64,000 nucleotides of DNA, taken from NCBI GenBank assembly GCA_001244265.2, contig CDLV01000012.1, positions 1,364,001-1,428,000 on the forward strand. The letters run 5' to 3'. This DNA comes from Microbotryum violaceum (lineage: Eukaryota). The number at the start of each line of letters is the position of its first letter. The stretch's first letter is position 1. Positions 11,816 to 25,472 of this stretch are shown here, piece by piece. Both the position numbers and the translations under genes were made by a program. The notes beneath the pieces are model-generated. The model was not told the DNA's origin and did no database searches. It saw only the letters and a list, made by a program, of their open reading frames with translations.

Positions 11816-14470
11816 ATGTCGACCTCAAGTGACGACCACGGCCCTGGTACCAGCCCTGGCAACGCTTCGCAACTGCCCGAGAGCGGCAAGGACGAGGCAA
11901 TCTTGCTTGTACGGTGCCTTCCAACCAATCATCGACGATCGAACCAGAAGGCGAAGACGCAGAAGCATTATGTCAACGAATCGTCCTGCGCGCGTCGAAA
12001 GCTTGTACACGGCGTTCAGGTGCCATCATAGGTCGGTCCCAGAAGCAGTAAAAGAGTCATTCGACCTGTTCAAATTCCACGCCGTCCCCCACCTCTCCTC
12101 TTCCACCGCTGCCGCTCCCTGCCGTTCTGCAGTCGGAGTTAAGCGGGGACAGACGGCGGACGGCGGGCGATGCGCAGAAGACGAAGATCCCTCGAATCTT
12201 TTGTTGCAACGACGGGTGCCCTCTTCCCTTTTCTTCTAGTACTCTGTCTTGCTGTGATGCCCGTTGCCAGTTGCTTCGTTCTCTTTTCCACTCTCTCGCG
12301 CCCTACGCGGATGGAGAGGAAAGAGACGCGGGCAGCAGGCAGCAGGATCCAGAGAAGCAGTTGTGCGGATGCAAAGGCGAGGTGCTGAGATTATACCGTA
12401 CTGGAACCTGAACGCTGTAATGAGCGCGTAGGAATAGTTGCATCGTATTCCTCCCTGCCCGCTTCCCTTCCTCTTTATCATTCGTCACACCTCCCCCCTC
12501 ATGTTTCAAGTTCCTCTCAGTGGACCCCCCCGAGTCCAGGAAAACTTGTCGAGCTGACTCGGGCTCCTGGAGGCAAGTGGGGCCGATGGCTGACCTGGGT
12601 ATCCAATGCTTTGGCCCACCTCTCCCCTCGGAGGCGTAAAAAGACTCGCTCCGGGTACAGATTGGTGAGTGTAGTGTCAAGCATTCCTAGGACAGCGCGA
12701 ACGAGGCTCATACCTGTCCTCTCCCTCGAACAGACGTTGCATCGGACGTGGGGCGCATTCGAATCCTTCATGGCCGCCTTCGGAGGGTGAGGGTGATACA
12801 CGTTCTATCGAGTTCCCTCGCATGCTGCGACTGACTGGAGCCTATTCATACTTCCTCAGCATGTACTTTGTCGGCGGAATGAAGATTCTGTACAGCACCG
12901 GTATCTACTCCGGTGGACCTCGTGAGCTTGGCCCTTCGCCCTTCTCTGTGCTCATGACGACAAGCGTACTGACTCGTCCACATGGAACGACCAGCCGCAC
13001 TGTGGTCGTCCTGGATCGTGACAATGTTCGGGGCATGCGCTACTGCAGCTTGCCTCGCCGAGATTTGCTCGTCAATCCCGCTCAGTGGTAGTATCTACCT
13101 CTGGGCCGCCGCCGTGTCGGGCCCCACTTCGCCGAACCGTGCTCGTCTCTTTGGTTTCATCGGCGCATGGTGGACCTCGTCGGCGTGGATCAGCTTCTGC
13201 GCGAGCACGTCACAGGCCGTGGCCAACTTTATCATGTCCGAGCTCGTCGTCTTCAACCGTGCCTTCCCCGGCGGGCTCGACAACAGCAACATCAAGTTTC
13301 GCGCTGTTCAGTGGGCCATCGCTGAGTTCGTGCTTTTTGTCTGCGTTTTGAGTAATACGATGCCGCCGAAGCGCTTCAAATGGATCTTCCGTGCCTCGTT
13401 ACTCGTCATGGTCATCGATTTCCTTGCGCTCTTCATCGCCCTCCCCATCGGTGCCGCCAAGACATACGGCTTCCGCGGCCGCGAGTTCCTGACGACGAGC
13501 TACAATGGGACCGGCGCCTCGTCGGGCTGGAATTGGACCTTGTCCTTTTTGTCGACGAGCTACGTGCTCACAGGCTTTGACGCGGCGGCGCACATCGGGG
13601 AAGAGGTCAAAAACCCTAGTTTGGCCGCGGCCCGCGGGGTGTTTTACTCGTGCTTAGTCTCGGCCATCTTTGGTGCGCCGCTCCTGATGCTCTTGCTCGT
13701 GTGCTCGCCGCCCTTGGATGTCTTGTTCGAAGCCGCTGCGCCCCAACCCCTCGTCGTGCTCTTTCAGGACATTCTCGGCACGGGTGGTCAGCTCGTGCTG
13801 AGCATCATCTCCATCATCGGTCTCATGGTCAACGTCTCGGTCTGCCTCGTCGCTGCTTCGCGTCTCATATCGGCCATCGCTCGCGACGGCATCCTCCCCG
13901 GTTCGGCTTGGATCGGCCGCGTCGACAAGAACGGCAACCCTACAAACGCGGTCTACTTTGTCGGCGGCGTCGGTGCCGTCCTACTGTGTACGATCCTGCC
14001 TTCGACCGTCGCTTTCACGTCGCTCGTCAGCATCTCGGGTGTGCCGACGATCGCTCTGTACGCTGCAATCCCCGTCTTGCGCTTGCTCTTCACTCGCGAC
14101 CAGTTCAAACATGCTCGATGGTCCAACGGTCGCTTATCGACGCCATTATGCATCATCGCTGGAATCTGGAACCTTTTCATCTGCTCCATCATGTTCTCGC
14201 CCTACACGTTCCCCGTCACGGCGCAGACTTTCAACTTTGCCGCACCCGTCTTTGTCGGCATCGTGAGTTGGCTTTTTGTCCCTGGCTGTATACTAATGAG
14301 CAGATCTACTGACACCATTTTTTAATGATTTACCGCAGACCATTTGCGGCATCATCAGTTGGTGGGTCGTACCCGAGGAACGCTGGCTCAGCAAGGAGTT
14401 CATTCAGGCCGCCGGCCACTCCCGTGTGCTCGAGGACTCGTCGGTCTACAGCTCGGACAAGGCCGAGTAG
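11816..14470 (+). CDS. APC-superfamily amino-acid/GABA/choline permease; N-terminal exons uncertain
   Basis: TLHRTWGAFESF, YSGGP, LAEICSSIPLSGSIYLWA, GFDAAAHIGEE, SRLISAIARDG and PVTAQTFNFA motifs; many hydrophobic helices; last exon ends SSDKAE-TAG at 14470. Confidence 0.85.
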
Positions 14471-14808
14471 GACGGGGGAAAAAGCTCACTCTTCGCTGTC
14501 TAGAGAATTTTCGCGGACGTAATGACTCTCAACAGTCAAACCTTGGGTTTCGCAATGTTTATTTATTATTGGTCATCTCCGTGATTTTCCTTGAGGAGTT
14601 CCGGCAGCCACGCGCGCGCGCCGGATCCGCTGCGTCGATCCCTCCCTTTTAGGACAAGCCGAGACAAACCCTCTGGCAACCGAAATCACGATTAGCCCTG
14701 GCAGCTCGCCGAACTCCGACTAGTCGTCCGCCGTTCCGTTACCGTTGTTGGCTTTGTCTTCCCCCTCCCCTTCCCTCCGGATGCTTCTACCACGACGACG
14801 CGCGTTAC

Positions 14809-17348
14809 ATGTCTGATCCGTCCTACTTCTCCCCTCCCCGAAGAGGAGCGAACGCCTCTTCGTTCTCTGCAACGACCCTCCTTCAAATGCCTCGCGGAGC
14901 AAGTAGCGCCTCGGGCGTCGAGGCCTCCCCCGCTGCCTCGACCGCTTCCTGGCGCCCCGCTTCGACCTCAGCTTCCGGCGCGACTCGGGCTGCCCAGCAC
15001 CACCGCATTCATAATCATTCGAGTGCTTCACCGCTTGTTGGGAGTCCCGGGACCAATGCAGCGAATGGGCTAGAGTCCTCCGGTTCATCTTCGGCTTACA
15101 GTCCTAGGGTGTACCCCAGGCCACCGAGTGAGAGTCCAACAAGGAGTTCAAAGCAGGGATTCAACAAGAACAAAGGTGGCAGTGGTGGTGGTGAGCGGAC
15201 TGGTACGACGCCTTCGACGCCGACGAAGATCACGTCGCTGCCGTCTCCGAGGAAAGCGGCCTTGTCCCCATCGAGAACGAGGAATCTCACGACTCGGACG
15301 GGTCGGCCTGGGAAGGTCACGGGATCAAGAGGGTTTTATTGGACGATCCCTTTGATACGGAGGAGGGTGAGGATCAGATTATGGACGATCGTAGTTGGGC
15401 TCGTCGTTTTGGTCGGTTGGTGGAAGTTGGGGAATGGAGGGTCGGGGTTGGACGGCATAGGTCGTGACTCGTCCGACGAAGGTGATTCGTTCGAGTCAAA
15501 TGGTGGGCTGAGAGGAAAGTTGAATGGTGTTTCAGAGATTTTCAGGAATGAAGGTGGGGGAGAGGGTTGAAGAAACAGATCAAGAGGAAGGCGTTCACCA
15601 AGGGCAATCGAGGAGGGAAAGTTGGGGGTCAAGTCCCTCGCGCTCAGCAAGAGGAGGATGAAGAAGGATCCGACGACGATGATAAGCTTGTCGAAGAAGG
15701 GCAGGATGCACCACCTCAAACCTCCGGTCGACCAAATCGAAGAAACTCACAGGAACGGGAACGAGCGACGAAGAAAAGAGTCGGAACGACCAAAGATGGA
15801 CCCCCTTCGGGACGGAGAGCTTCTTCGGCACCAAAGCGCTTGGCGTTGCAGGAATGGTCGACGGATACATGTCAAACGTGTATGGTCGACCCGAGGGATC
15901 CGCTCTGTGTTTATGGGGTTGATAATATTCGGTTGTCAAGGGGGTACGAGGGCTCGGGAGTGCGGATACGCAAGATGTTGAGCAAGGCTTTGAAAGGGGA
16001 AGTCGTGCGGATCGTGAGTGCTTGCGTGTAGGGGTTGTGGCCAGCGATACCAGGAAACCTGACGCCGACATTTCCTCCTGGTGCTTTCAGGGTCTGATCG
16101 GGGGCAAGATCTCGGCAGGTCAAGGGCTGGGCGACAAGTCAAGCTGGTTCGAAATCTTTTCCCGCGATTTCCAAAAGACGTTTCCTCGCTCACAATTCAT
16201 CGACGGGTCCAAAGGGTCTTCGGTCCCGACGGCGTACCACTCGTACTGTCATTCGGCTTCGCTGCCTCGGGATCTGGATCTCTACTTCGTCGAACTGGAC
16301 ATTGGTAATGGATCCTTGGGTAGCACACTCGAAGAAGAGGACGCACTCTATCGGAGTCTGTTGCTCTTACTGCAAGCTCCCGCGATGATCCGAGTCTCGA
16401 CTTTCGACCTCTCGGACACAGATACGACGACGAGTCTCGCTTCGGCGCTCTTGACCTCGCGGCATTTCGACGTTCCCCTCATCACGGTACGCGAGATACT
16501 TCAGTCGAGGATCTTTTCGTGGACCTCGAGCGCAAGTCAATGGTTTGCCAAGGCGAGTGATGGCGTTTCGACGGATTGGGGGGTGATGAATCCTAAAGCG
16601 CATCAGGTGTTGGGAGACGTGGTGGCGTTGTATGTGAGGGAGATGGCGTGCGAGACGAAGAGGAGACAGGGGATGCCCAAGGAGGTGTTGGAGGTCAATG
16701 AGAATGAGTGGCCAACCCAAGGTGTGGTTGGGATCGTACCGAGGGCCAAGAGTGAGTTGGAGCTAGGTCTGGTCATTCGATCTTGGTGTTCAAAAGGATC
16801 TAATGCTTCTTGCTTTTGTTCCCACCATAGTCTGGGACTCTCACTCGAGCCTCGACAACCCTTCCTACGAACCAACCCCGTTTTCCCCTCACTGCATGTT
16901 CGGAAATTCCTTGTACGCCCCCTTGGTGCATTTTCCCGACCCTTCTTTGACCACACGCGAAGCATGGCAAGCCGACATGTGGGACGACCAAGCCGGCTAC
17001 GTCTCTTCGACCGTCGATTCCCTCATCTCGTTCTTCTTTACCGGATCCCAAGTCGGTTTATTCTACTGGCAAACGGATGGGATTCACCATGGTGTCAAAG
17101 TTGCGCTGCAACAACCCGGCCGAGCAAGATGTTGGGTCGATGATGAAGCTCTTGCTGAAGGAGCGGGGAAGAGTGTGCAGATCGAGGCGTTTGGTCAGGA
17201 GAGGCAGGGGTCTAGAGTTGCTTGGATGCCGGTTGTGGGCAAGGGGGATGGGCTGACTTTCGCTGAACATACAGTCAGCTGTAGGATTGTACAGCCGAGC
17301 TCGACGGAGGGGCATGTGGTTAGGATACTCGGGGTCGCGTCGCAGTGA
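14809..17348 (+). CDS. CAP64/CAS3-like type II membrane protein with SGNH-like domain; apparent 1-nt frameshift near 15555
   Basis: N-terminal TM (LWTIVVGLVVL), then CMVDPRDPLCVYGVDNIRLSRGYEGSGVRIRKML, spliced IGLIGGKIS, YHSYCH, DLDLYFVELD, HFDVP and ARCWVDD, all typical of Cryptococcus CAP64-family proteins. Confidence 0.7.
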
Positions 17349-17834
17349 GGGCACTGCAGCAGCTGAGCGGGGGTGGCGAATTCAGTGACGAGTGAAGATG
17401 ACAGTGTAGCGGGCAGTAGTAGTCAATATTACCTCTATCTGTTGCTAGTAATATCCCAAAATAGTATAACTGTAGTGGAGTGAATACACGTGGACTCTGC
17501 AAGAGCGTGCATACCGCATAGGAAGGCTCGGTTAGTAACCGCAGTAAGTGCCGCTTTAGAATTCGACTTCCGAAGAGGTGGAGGGTTTTAGTGGGTATGG
17601 TTGATCCTGGTTCAGGGTCAATGAGTCCTACACTACTGGCTTCTGCCAGTGTGCGTAACAGCATTCCCTCCGACTTTTCCGAAGATTTCTAGGTATTAAT
17701 ACAATTATGCTGTTAATGAAGTCTATCAAATAAACAAATAAAGAGGTGATAGCCCACGCGCTGCTTTTCCGCCAGTAACTTTCGCGTGTCTCGGTCCGTC
17801 TCACTTTGGGTGATCGTGTGCCGCGGGTGTCTCG

Positions 17835-20800
17835 ATGTCGCCCACGCCACCGCCAATAGCAGCCGCAGCCGCAGCCGCAGCCGCAGCCGCAGCCATGACG
17901 GATGAGCGAGATTCTTCACCATTGTCGACACTGAGTGAGCTGGATGCTGCATCGCCGCCCGTTCCCGCCACCAGCTCCAACGCGACGACGAGCTCGATTG
18001 GGCCGAGCGCGACTGGAACGAGCGCCACGACGAGCGCCACGACGAGCGCCACGACGAGCACCACGACGAGCAGCAGCAGCACCACTCGCCTGACTCGGAG
18101 CCACAGTCATTCGCCGTCGCAACCGTCTCGCACACCACCCCCAGCAGCGGCAGCCGCAACGAACGAACCCAGTCGACGCTCCAGTCTCCGCAGTTCCATC
18201 TCCACACCCATACCCACACCCGTACCCACACCCACACCTGCGACATCCCAACCCTCGACTTCCGTGCCTCGACTGCCCAAAGTGCCCAGTCGACACGGCA
18301 CCGCATCGATTCGTCGCTCCGAGCGCGAGAGGAGGGACAAGCAAAGAGGCGAGGATGTCTGTCTGGTCTGCACACCACCTGGAACGGTCTTGACCGCCGC
18401 GCAGGAGAAGGCGAATCAGGACAAGGTCTGGATTCAGTGCGAACAGTGAGTTCCCAGTGGCGATCGAGCGAGTGGCGGGCCCCACACAGGCAAGCGAGCT
18501 ATTTGAGCTGGGGTGGCCGGTGTGGGGCACTGCTATGACTGCACTCGGAGCTGCAAGAGAGTACGGTAGAGATCGATGGTAGGCTGACATTCTATGGCGG
18601 TGTTCCTTTTTGACTCGTACGCTTGTTCTCGGCGACTTTTCAGCTGCAACGCTTGGTAGTGAGTGACTACAGCTCGTCTCTTCCAGCGAACGAATCACAA
18701 GCTGATCATATTCATACGAATTCCTCTAAACAGCCACTGGCACTGCATCAATCTCAACACGGGCGATTGTAAGCTCGCCCGATGGTTATGCTCGGCGAGT
18801 GACGAATCTTCGTTTGTCGGACTAACGCTCGTCTCTTTCCCGCCTGACGCGTACAGCCCCGGAAGATTTCGACCAATGGTACTGTCCACCGTGCATCAAG
18901 ATCACATTGGCGACCAGGTACCCCCTCACGTGCACTCGTCGACCCGTACCTCGCCGAACGAACCGAGCAGCACCCAAGATCAACTATGCCAATCTCGATG
19001 CCCACTTGCCGGCCGATCACCTTCGATGGCAAAGAGTCATCGCGACGCGCAAGATCCTTCCCGCCAACTTCCCCAAGCTCAGGCCTGAACGCTTGACCGA
19101 GGAGTGGCTGTTCAGAGAGGGAACGTGGAGCGAACCCATCATCGTCGAATCGCCGAGAGGGCTGGGAATGCAGATGCCTGATCCCTCAACTTCCATCTCG
19201 GCCATCGCGGATGAGATTGGCGGGGACCATCCCATCGAAGCTCTCGACGTCGCAGCTCAAGACAGGGATCGCACGATCAAAACGCTGAGGCAGTGGGCCG
19301 ACTATTTCGAGAATCCGAGGAGGGACAAGGTGCGCAACGTCATCTCGCTCGAGGTTGGCTCAACTCCGTTCGGAGAAAAGATCGTGGCGCCAGAGATGGT
19401 GAGAAGGCTAGACTGGGTCGACAATATTTGGCCAAAGGATTGTAGGGACGAGGGGCAGTACCCGCAAGTGCAAAAGTATTGCTTGATGTCGGTTGCCGAG
19501 TCTTGGACGGTGGGTCCAAGATTGTGCTCTCTATCTGCACTGGCACTAGTAGTCACGGGCTGATAACTTGAGATCCCGACTCACCAGGATTGGCACATTG
19601 ATTTCGCTGGCTCGTCGGTCTTCTACCACATCCTGCGCGGCGGCAAAGTTTTTTACTTTATTCGACCGACCAAGGAGAATCTCAAAGCTTACGAGACGTG
19701 GAGCGGCAACACCGACCGACAAGAAGCGAACTGGCTCGGCGACCACGTCGATGCCGTCTACCGCGTCGAACTCGTCCCTGGTAACACCATGTTCATCCCC
19801 TCGGGATGGATACATGCCGTTGAGACCCCTTCCGACTCGCTCGTCATCGGTGGCAACTTTGTTCACTCGCTCAACATCGAGACCCAGCTCGAGGTCTATC
19901 GCATCGAATTGGCGACCAAGGTGCCGAAGAAGTTTCGGTTCCCGCATTTCGTCACCTTGCTTTGGCACGTCGCGAACCATTACACCGCTCGCTTGAACAA
20001 GGTCCTCGCTTCGTCAGCTTCGATGCGGACGTGGCCTGTCGAGTTGCGAAGTCGTCGGGTGTTGCTGGGGCTGAAACAGGCGTCAGAGTTCTTGATCGAA
20101 CAAACGACGCGTTGGGCCAAAGGGACAAACGAACTCAGTCGAGAACGTCGTCGCGCTGCGATTCACAACGTCCCCAATACGTATATCAAGAACCCGAACG
20201 AGCTGTCGAGGGAATTTAGGCAGGTCGTTTTGCGTGCTCTGGGGGAGCCGATGGACCGTTTGTGTGAGTTGTCGAATGATGCGATGTCGTTGACGTGGGT
20301 CTCACCGGAAGAGTTGAGGGCCGAGGCGATGGCTAGGGATATGGTGTCGACACCCAAGGGCAAGGCAGTGAACGGACGTGGGTCGGCGGAGGGATTGACG
20401 CCGATGATGAATGGCCATGGTGACGCGCGGATGAAGCGCAAAGCCAGCGACGCCGTTTCTTTTCAAGTGACAGCCGCCATGATGGACCCCCACGCCTCCG
20501 GGACACGATCGAAGAAACCTCGCATCACCCCGAGCGGGATGACCGCCGTCCCTAACGACGCCCCAACAATCTTGGAGAACACGACGCCGTACGCACGCAG
20601 ACCGATGAGGACGCAACAGATGATGGATCCCAAGAGGGCCGAAGTGGGGCTCCAATTGGCCACGGTGAACGAGTCGTCGAATACCAAGACGATCGTCAAG
20701 AGGTGGGAAGAAGGCGGGAGGGTGTTTATCGATGTCAGGAAGATGGTTACGACCATTGAGAGGGTTGAGTTTGGAGTACCTGAGGAGGAGATTGTCGCGG

Positions 20801-21825
20801 CCCAGCAGACTCTGGGTCAGCGTGGGACCGAAGGGGCCGAAGGGGCTGATGGGGTTCAGGGGGAGCAAGAGATACAGGTTGATGGAACGGCGGGTTCGTC
20901 GGGTGCGGGGCGGCAGGATGTTCGACAGACGACTGTGCAACATTTGCCCATGGAGGTTGATCAAGCCCCGATGCCCACCGTTCCCGTCGCCTCTGCATCT
21001 ACCTCCGTTCTCGTTTCCGCGCCTGTTCCCGTTTCCGCGCCTGTTCCCGTTTCCGCGCCTGTTCCCGTTTCCGCGCGTGTTCCCGTTTCCGCGCCTGTTC
21101 CCACTCCCGCGCCTGCTCCCAAGGCCGCTCCAATAAGGCCACCCATCGTCCTCGCCGAAGCCCCAGCTCATCCCTTTCCAACTTGGGACCCCTACCACCC
21201 GACTGCGTACAAGCTTTCTACGGACCCCTACGTGCGCCTCGAACAAATGAGTCGCATCATCAACACGTACCACGACCCGCACCTGATCAAGGCCACGGGG
21301 TTGAACTCGGCTTTCATGGGAAGTGACGGGACCTCCGATGCGGATGATTGGACGGACGAGAAGTTCTTCGACCTGGTTTGGAGTATGCGACCTGTGCCGA
21401 AGGAGGGGAGGGCGTCGGAGTCGGATTCTGGCACGCGGAGGAAGTCGCATGGCTCGCAGTCCAAATCCAGGACATCTTCCGGTAAGATGGGAGTGGCGTT
21501 AAAAAAGGATACTCAACCCCATGGTCCCACCTCAGTGCCCACGTCATCGTTGACGTCAGCATCAACGGCAGCTTCAACCTCAGCATCAACGTCAGCGTCA
21601 GGCTCGACTTCGCAAGCCCCTATCCTCGAGACCGGACCAGCCGCCACGAGCCCCTCCTTGCAACGCCCTGACTCCGCCGACGCTCCCATGGCATCGCCTC
21701 ATCTCAAGTCTATACAGTCCATCACGTCTTCTCCAGTACCCATCATGTCGTATATACAACAGAACCAACCCCAGCTTGATAGTGTCGCTCCTCGATCAAC
21801 TGTGCTTCCTGCCGCTCAATCTTGA
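17835..21825 (+). CDS. JHD1: PHD + JmjC histone demethylase (Jhd1/KDM2-7 type)
   Basis: PHD finger (CLVC..WIQCEQ..HWHC..WYCPPC), NVISLEV, VRRLDWV, YPQVQKYCLMSV, spliced WTDWHIDFAGSSVFYH and FIPSGWIHAVETP. Confidence 0.9.
17859..17895 (+). repeat. (GCAGCC)n hexamer microsatellite encoding poly-Ala
   Basis: About six tandem GCAGCC/GCCGCA units in JHD1 exon 1. Confidence 0.9.
21013..21120 (+). repeat. 18-bp coding minisatellite (VSAPVP) x5 plus one degenerate unit
   Basis: GTTTCCGCGCCTGTTCCC tandem units read directly from the sequence. Confidence 0.95.
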
Positions 21826-21941
21826 TTAGCTTCGTTTGTCTTCTTCGTTTCACCGTCAGCATATTTCTTCTGTTCTTTGTCTCTGTGCCTTGTTGTAATT
21901 CCATCGGGCACGTTAACACCAAGCACTCCGGACTAGTGTAA

Positions 21942-23794
21942 CTACATCTTGTCTCTCCTCTTGACCACAACCTCCATCAAATCCCTCGCCGTCCTAGCCC
22001 TCGGCCGTCCCTCCCCCTCGCCTTCCTGCGCATCTCCCAGCCAGGCTCTAGTAGCCAAGTCCTCCATCTCCCTTAACATATCCCTCCCAGCCCTAACCCC
22101 CTCCGTCTCCTCCATCGCCTCCTCATCCTCCTCCTTGAGCCCATAATCCGTATACCTCCCCGACAAATGATTCATCACCAAAGCCTTCGCGCCTACCCTC
22201 CTCGCAAATTCCCCTGCTCCCTCCGGTGTCGAATGTCCATGTTCCTTCGCTTTACGTCGAACGCTCCCGAGGGTGATATCGGATTTATTTTGTTGGGATT
22301 CGTCATTTTGGGGAAGGAAAGCGTTGGTCGCTTCGTGGATCACCAAATCGGCGTCCTGGGACCAACGTTCGATCGAACCTCCGAGCGCATCGTAAGTGTC
22401 CCCCAAGATGACCAACTTCCTCCCTTTGGGCCCTAAAGCAGGGGGTTGGAGAAGCGTCCCATCTGGTAAGGTGAGGGATTTTCGTTGGGAGGTGAGGACC
22501 GATAATAGGGAGAGAGGGTTACGAATCCCTTGGGTGGCCAAGAGCGCGGGCGCGTTACGCTTCAAGTGGGGTACGTAGAGTTTGGGGTCGAGGGGCAGAG
22601 GTCGAGGCAATTCTTGGAATATGTAACCTAGACAGGGGACTAGCGGAGGAAAGGGGTGGGGGTGGGTTAGCGGATTTGGGCTGTTTAAGGACAATTGGGG
22701 GCAGGGAGGAAAGACGTAGTACCCGTGTGTTTTATCGGCCCCGCACTGACTTTGACCGCTCCGTCGCCTAGAGTGACGAAATTTTCCCATCCTTGACTGG
22801 CCTCATTAATGCAAAGATCCAAGCCAGGCCGTTCATTCGTCGACACATTTCGATGAGGAGCTCGTTCATCCTCAGAAGAAGGAGAATTCGAAGTCGAAGC
22901 TGATGGCGGTGGAGGACAGATCGGATCGCCGGGGAAGAGCAACTCATGGACAACGTAAGGTCGCGCGAGGTAGGAGTAAGTGAGAGAAAGGGTCGTGCGG
23001 AGGAATTGTCGAAGACCTGAGGGGCCATAGATGATGGTGACGGGCTGGGCACGAAGAGAAACAGGGAGTGGGTGAGTTACCTTTGGGGGAAACAGGAGCA
23101 GAGCTTTCCATCCGGGCGCATATCGGAGCTTGGGTGAAAGTGCTCACCTCGTCGGATGAAGTCAATGACGCTGCGCCTGAACCCGTTAGTGTTTGATCGA
23201 GTTGTGCATGGCCTTCACTAGCCGTGCACAGCAAGCCCGGTAACCCATTCACGTGATCACCTGAGGGATTGTCCTCCGGAGCAGGAGTCAGCGTTTCAGC
23301 ATCAGAGGATCGGATGTTGGAGGAGCTGCGTACCGTGCATGTGGGTGATGAAGATATGCGTGATTTGACTCATTCTGAGTTTGGATTTCTGGAACTGGTG
23401 TTGGGTCGCTTCGCCTGCGTCGACGACCCATCTGAGAGGGAGGAGTTGACTCTATGAGCCACAGGTTCACGCAGCCCAAAACTGCTTTCCTGGGCACCCA
23501 CATGGCTTTGTCAACTTTGAGAGCCAAGGACGAGACGTTACGAGTTGGAGAGGGCTTGCCCGCTGCGGTGCCGAGGAAGGTGACGCTGATCGAGTCCGGC
23601 ATCGAAGCTCGCGAGAGAGGGTGAGCTGGCAGTGTGGGGATAGGTTGGGAGCTGGGCTGCGAGCGCAAGTGCTGGGATGAAGCGAAATGGCGATGCGAAG
23701 GTGCTAGACTCGTCGAGGGTGTCGCTGCGTGGATGAATGACGAGGAGGTCGCTCGAGTCAGGATGTGGACGAGTCGGAGCGACACGCGCTGCAT
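21942..23794 (-). CDS. tRNase Z short form (ELAC1/Rnz-like metallo-beta-lactamase)
   Basis: [29 protein letters not shown], spliced [33 protein letters not shown] and [11 protein letters not shown] second in-frame ATG lies at 23602. Confidence 0.88.
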
Positions 23795-24130
23795 CAACCC
23801 CAGGATCGGGATAGGTAGCGTGTTGAGCAAAGTAAGTCACTGTAGTCCGTTTCGAATCCAGATCCAAGGTGAAGAGTTTTCCGCGGTTACTGAATGTGCT
23901 CCGCCTCGGCGCACTCGCAGTCCGTGCGCACGAAGCAAGACGCCAACCGGACCGGAGCTCATGGTCACGTGATCTGCTATCTCCGCTCGAGCCCGCACTT
24001 GGCACGCCACGGCACTCCGGCTTTCGTTCGTTACCGGGCGGAGAGCCTCCTCTCAGCTTCAGTTAGTGAGCTCTCCCTCTGCCCACCTACACCTCCGACT
24101 CGACACCCACACCCTCACAGAGCCACCACC

Positions 24131-25472
24131 ATGCCGGCCGTCTACCCTGCCGAGCATGTTGTCGCGTCATTCCCCTCGGAGAACGTGTTGCTGCTAACAA
24201 TGCAACGCGCCAAAGTCAACGCCTTGAACACGGGTCAGTTTCCCGTCCACGGAACGACCTCGGCGTGTTCCCGATTTCTTTCTCGGCGCACTGACACCAG
24301 TCGTGACTCTCCTCACCAGCGCTCTGGGTCGAAATTGGTAAACACATGGATGTCGCTTCCACCGATTCGGACGTACGCTGCGTCGTTCTGGCCAGTGGAT
24401 TGGACAAGATCTATACGGCAGGATTGGACCTCACGTCAGTCGCCGCGAAGCCCGAATTCGGCTGCTGTGCTGAAGGCGATCTCGAAAGGCCCGAATGCTG
24501 ATTTGTGGGTCATATCTTATTACAGTGAGAGTGGCTTGGACCACGATGGAACGGATGCAGGTCGCTTGGCGCTTCAACACCGAAGCGTAAGTCCACGCTC
24601 TTGCTCCCATCTCGGCATCTCCGGTCGGTGGTCGCAAATTTCCCTTTCCCTCTATCTGACCAAAAACCCATCTCCTTTCCCGCCACAGTACATCAAGCTC
24701 CTCCAGGACGCCGTCTCTGCGATCGAACGATGTGACAAACCCGTCATCGCCGCCGTGCATGGCGTCTGCCTCGGCGGGGGAATCGACATCATCGTCTCGG
24801 CCGATATTCGATATGCCGCTGAAGGGTCGACGTTCTCCATCAAGGTACGACCGAAACGAAAGCGATATCTTATATCTTTGTACGATGATCCTGATCCAAG
24901 CCATCTCCCACCTGCACCGTAATAGGAAGTGGACGTTGGGCTCGCCGCGGACGTCGGATCCCTGCAACGTCTCCCCAAAACGACCGCCTCCGCCTCCCTC
25001 CTAAACGAACTAGCCCTCACAGCTCGCAACTTTGGTCCCCAAGAAGCCTACCAGCTTGGGCTCGTTAGCAAAGTTGTTCCGGGGGGTAAGGAAGGGGTGC
25101 TGAAAGCTGCGTTGGATACGGCGAAAGTGATTGCGAGCAAGAGCCCTATTGCGACATTGGGCACGAAGCATCTGTTGACTTACTCGAGGGATCATACGAC
25201 GCAGGAAGGTGAGTGCGGACACAAGGGATTTGGGAGCCTGAACGGCTGATCCTTTTGATTTGAATGGCCGGAACAGGTCTGGAGTATACGAGGATCTGGA
25301 ATATGGTCAGTCTGGGCTCTTTCCCGCGCGAGGTCCGGCCTATCATTCTAATGTAACCATTTAATTTGATGTTTTTGCTTCCCTCTCATAGTCTATGTTG
25401 CAAGCCCAAGACCTGCCCGACGCCTTCGCGGCATTCGCAACCAAGAAACCGGCCAAGTTTGGAAAACTTTGA
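24131..25472 (+). CDS. Peroxisomal delta(3,5)-delta(2,4)-dienoyl-CoA isomerase (crotonase family, ECH1-like)
   Basis: KPVIAAVHGVCLGGGIDI, FSIKEVDVGLAADVGSLQRLPK, ELALTARNF and IASKSPIA; C-terminal PTS1-like GKL; multiple introns. Confidence 0.88.
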
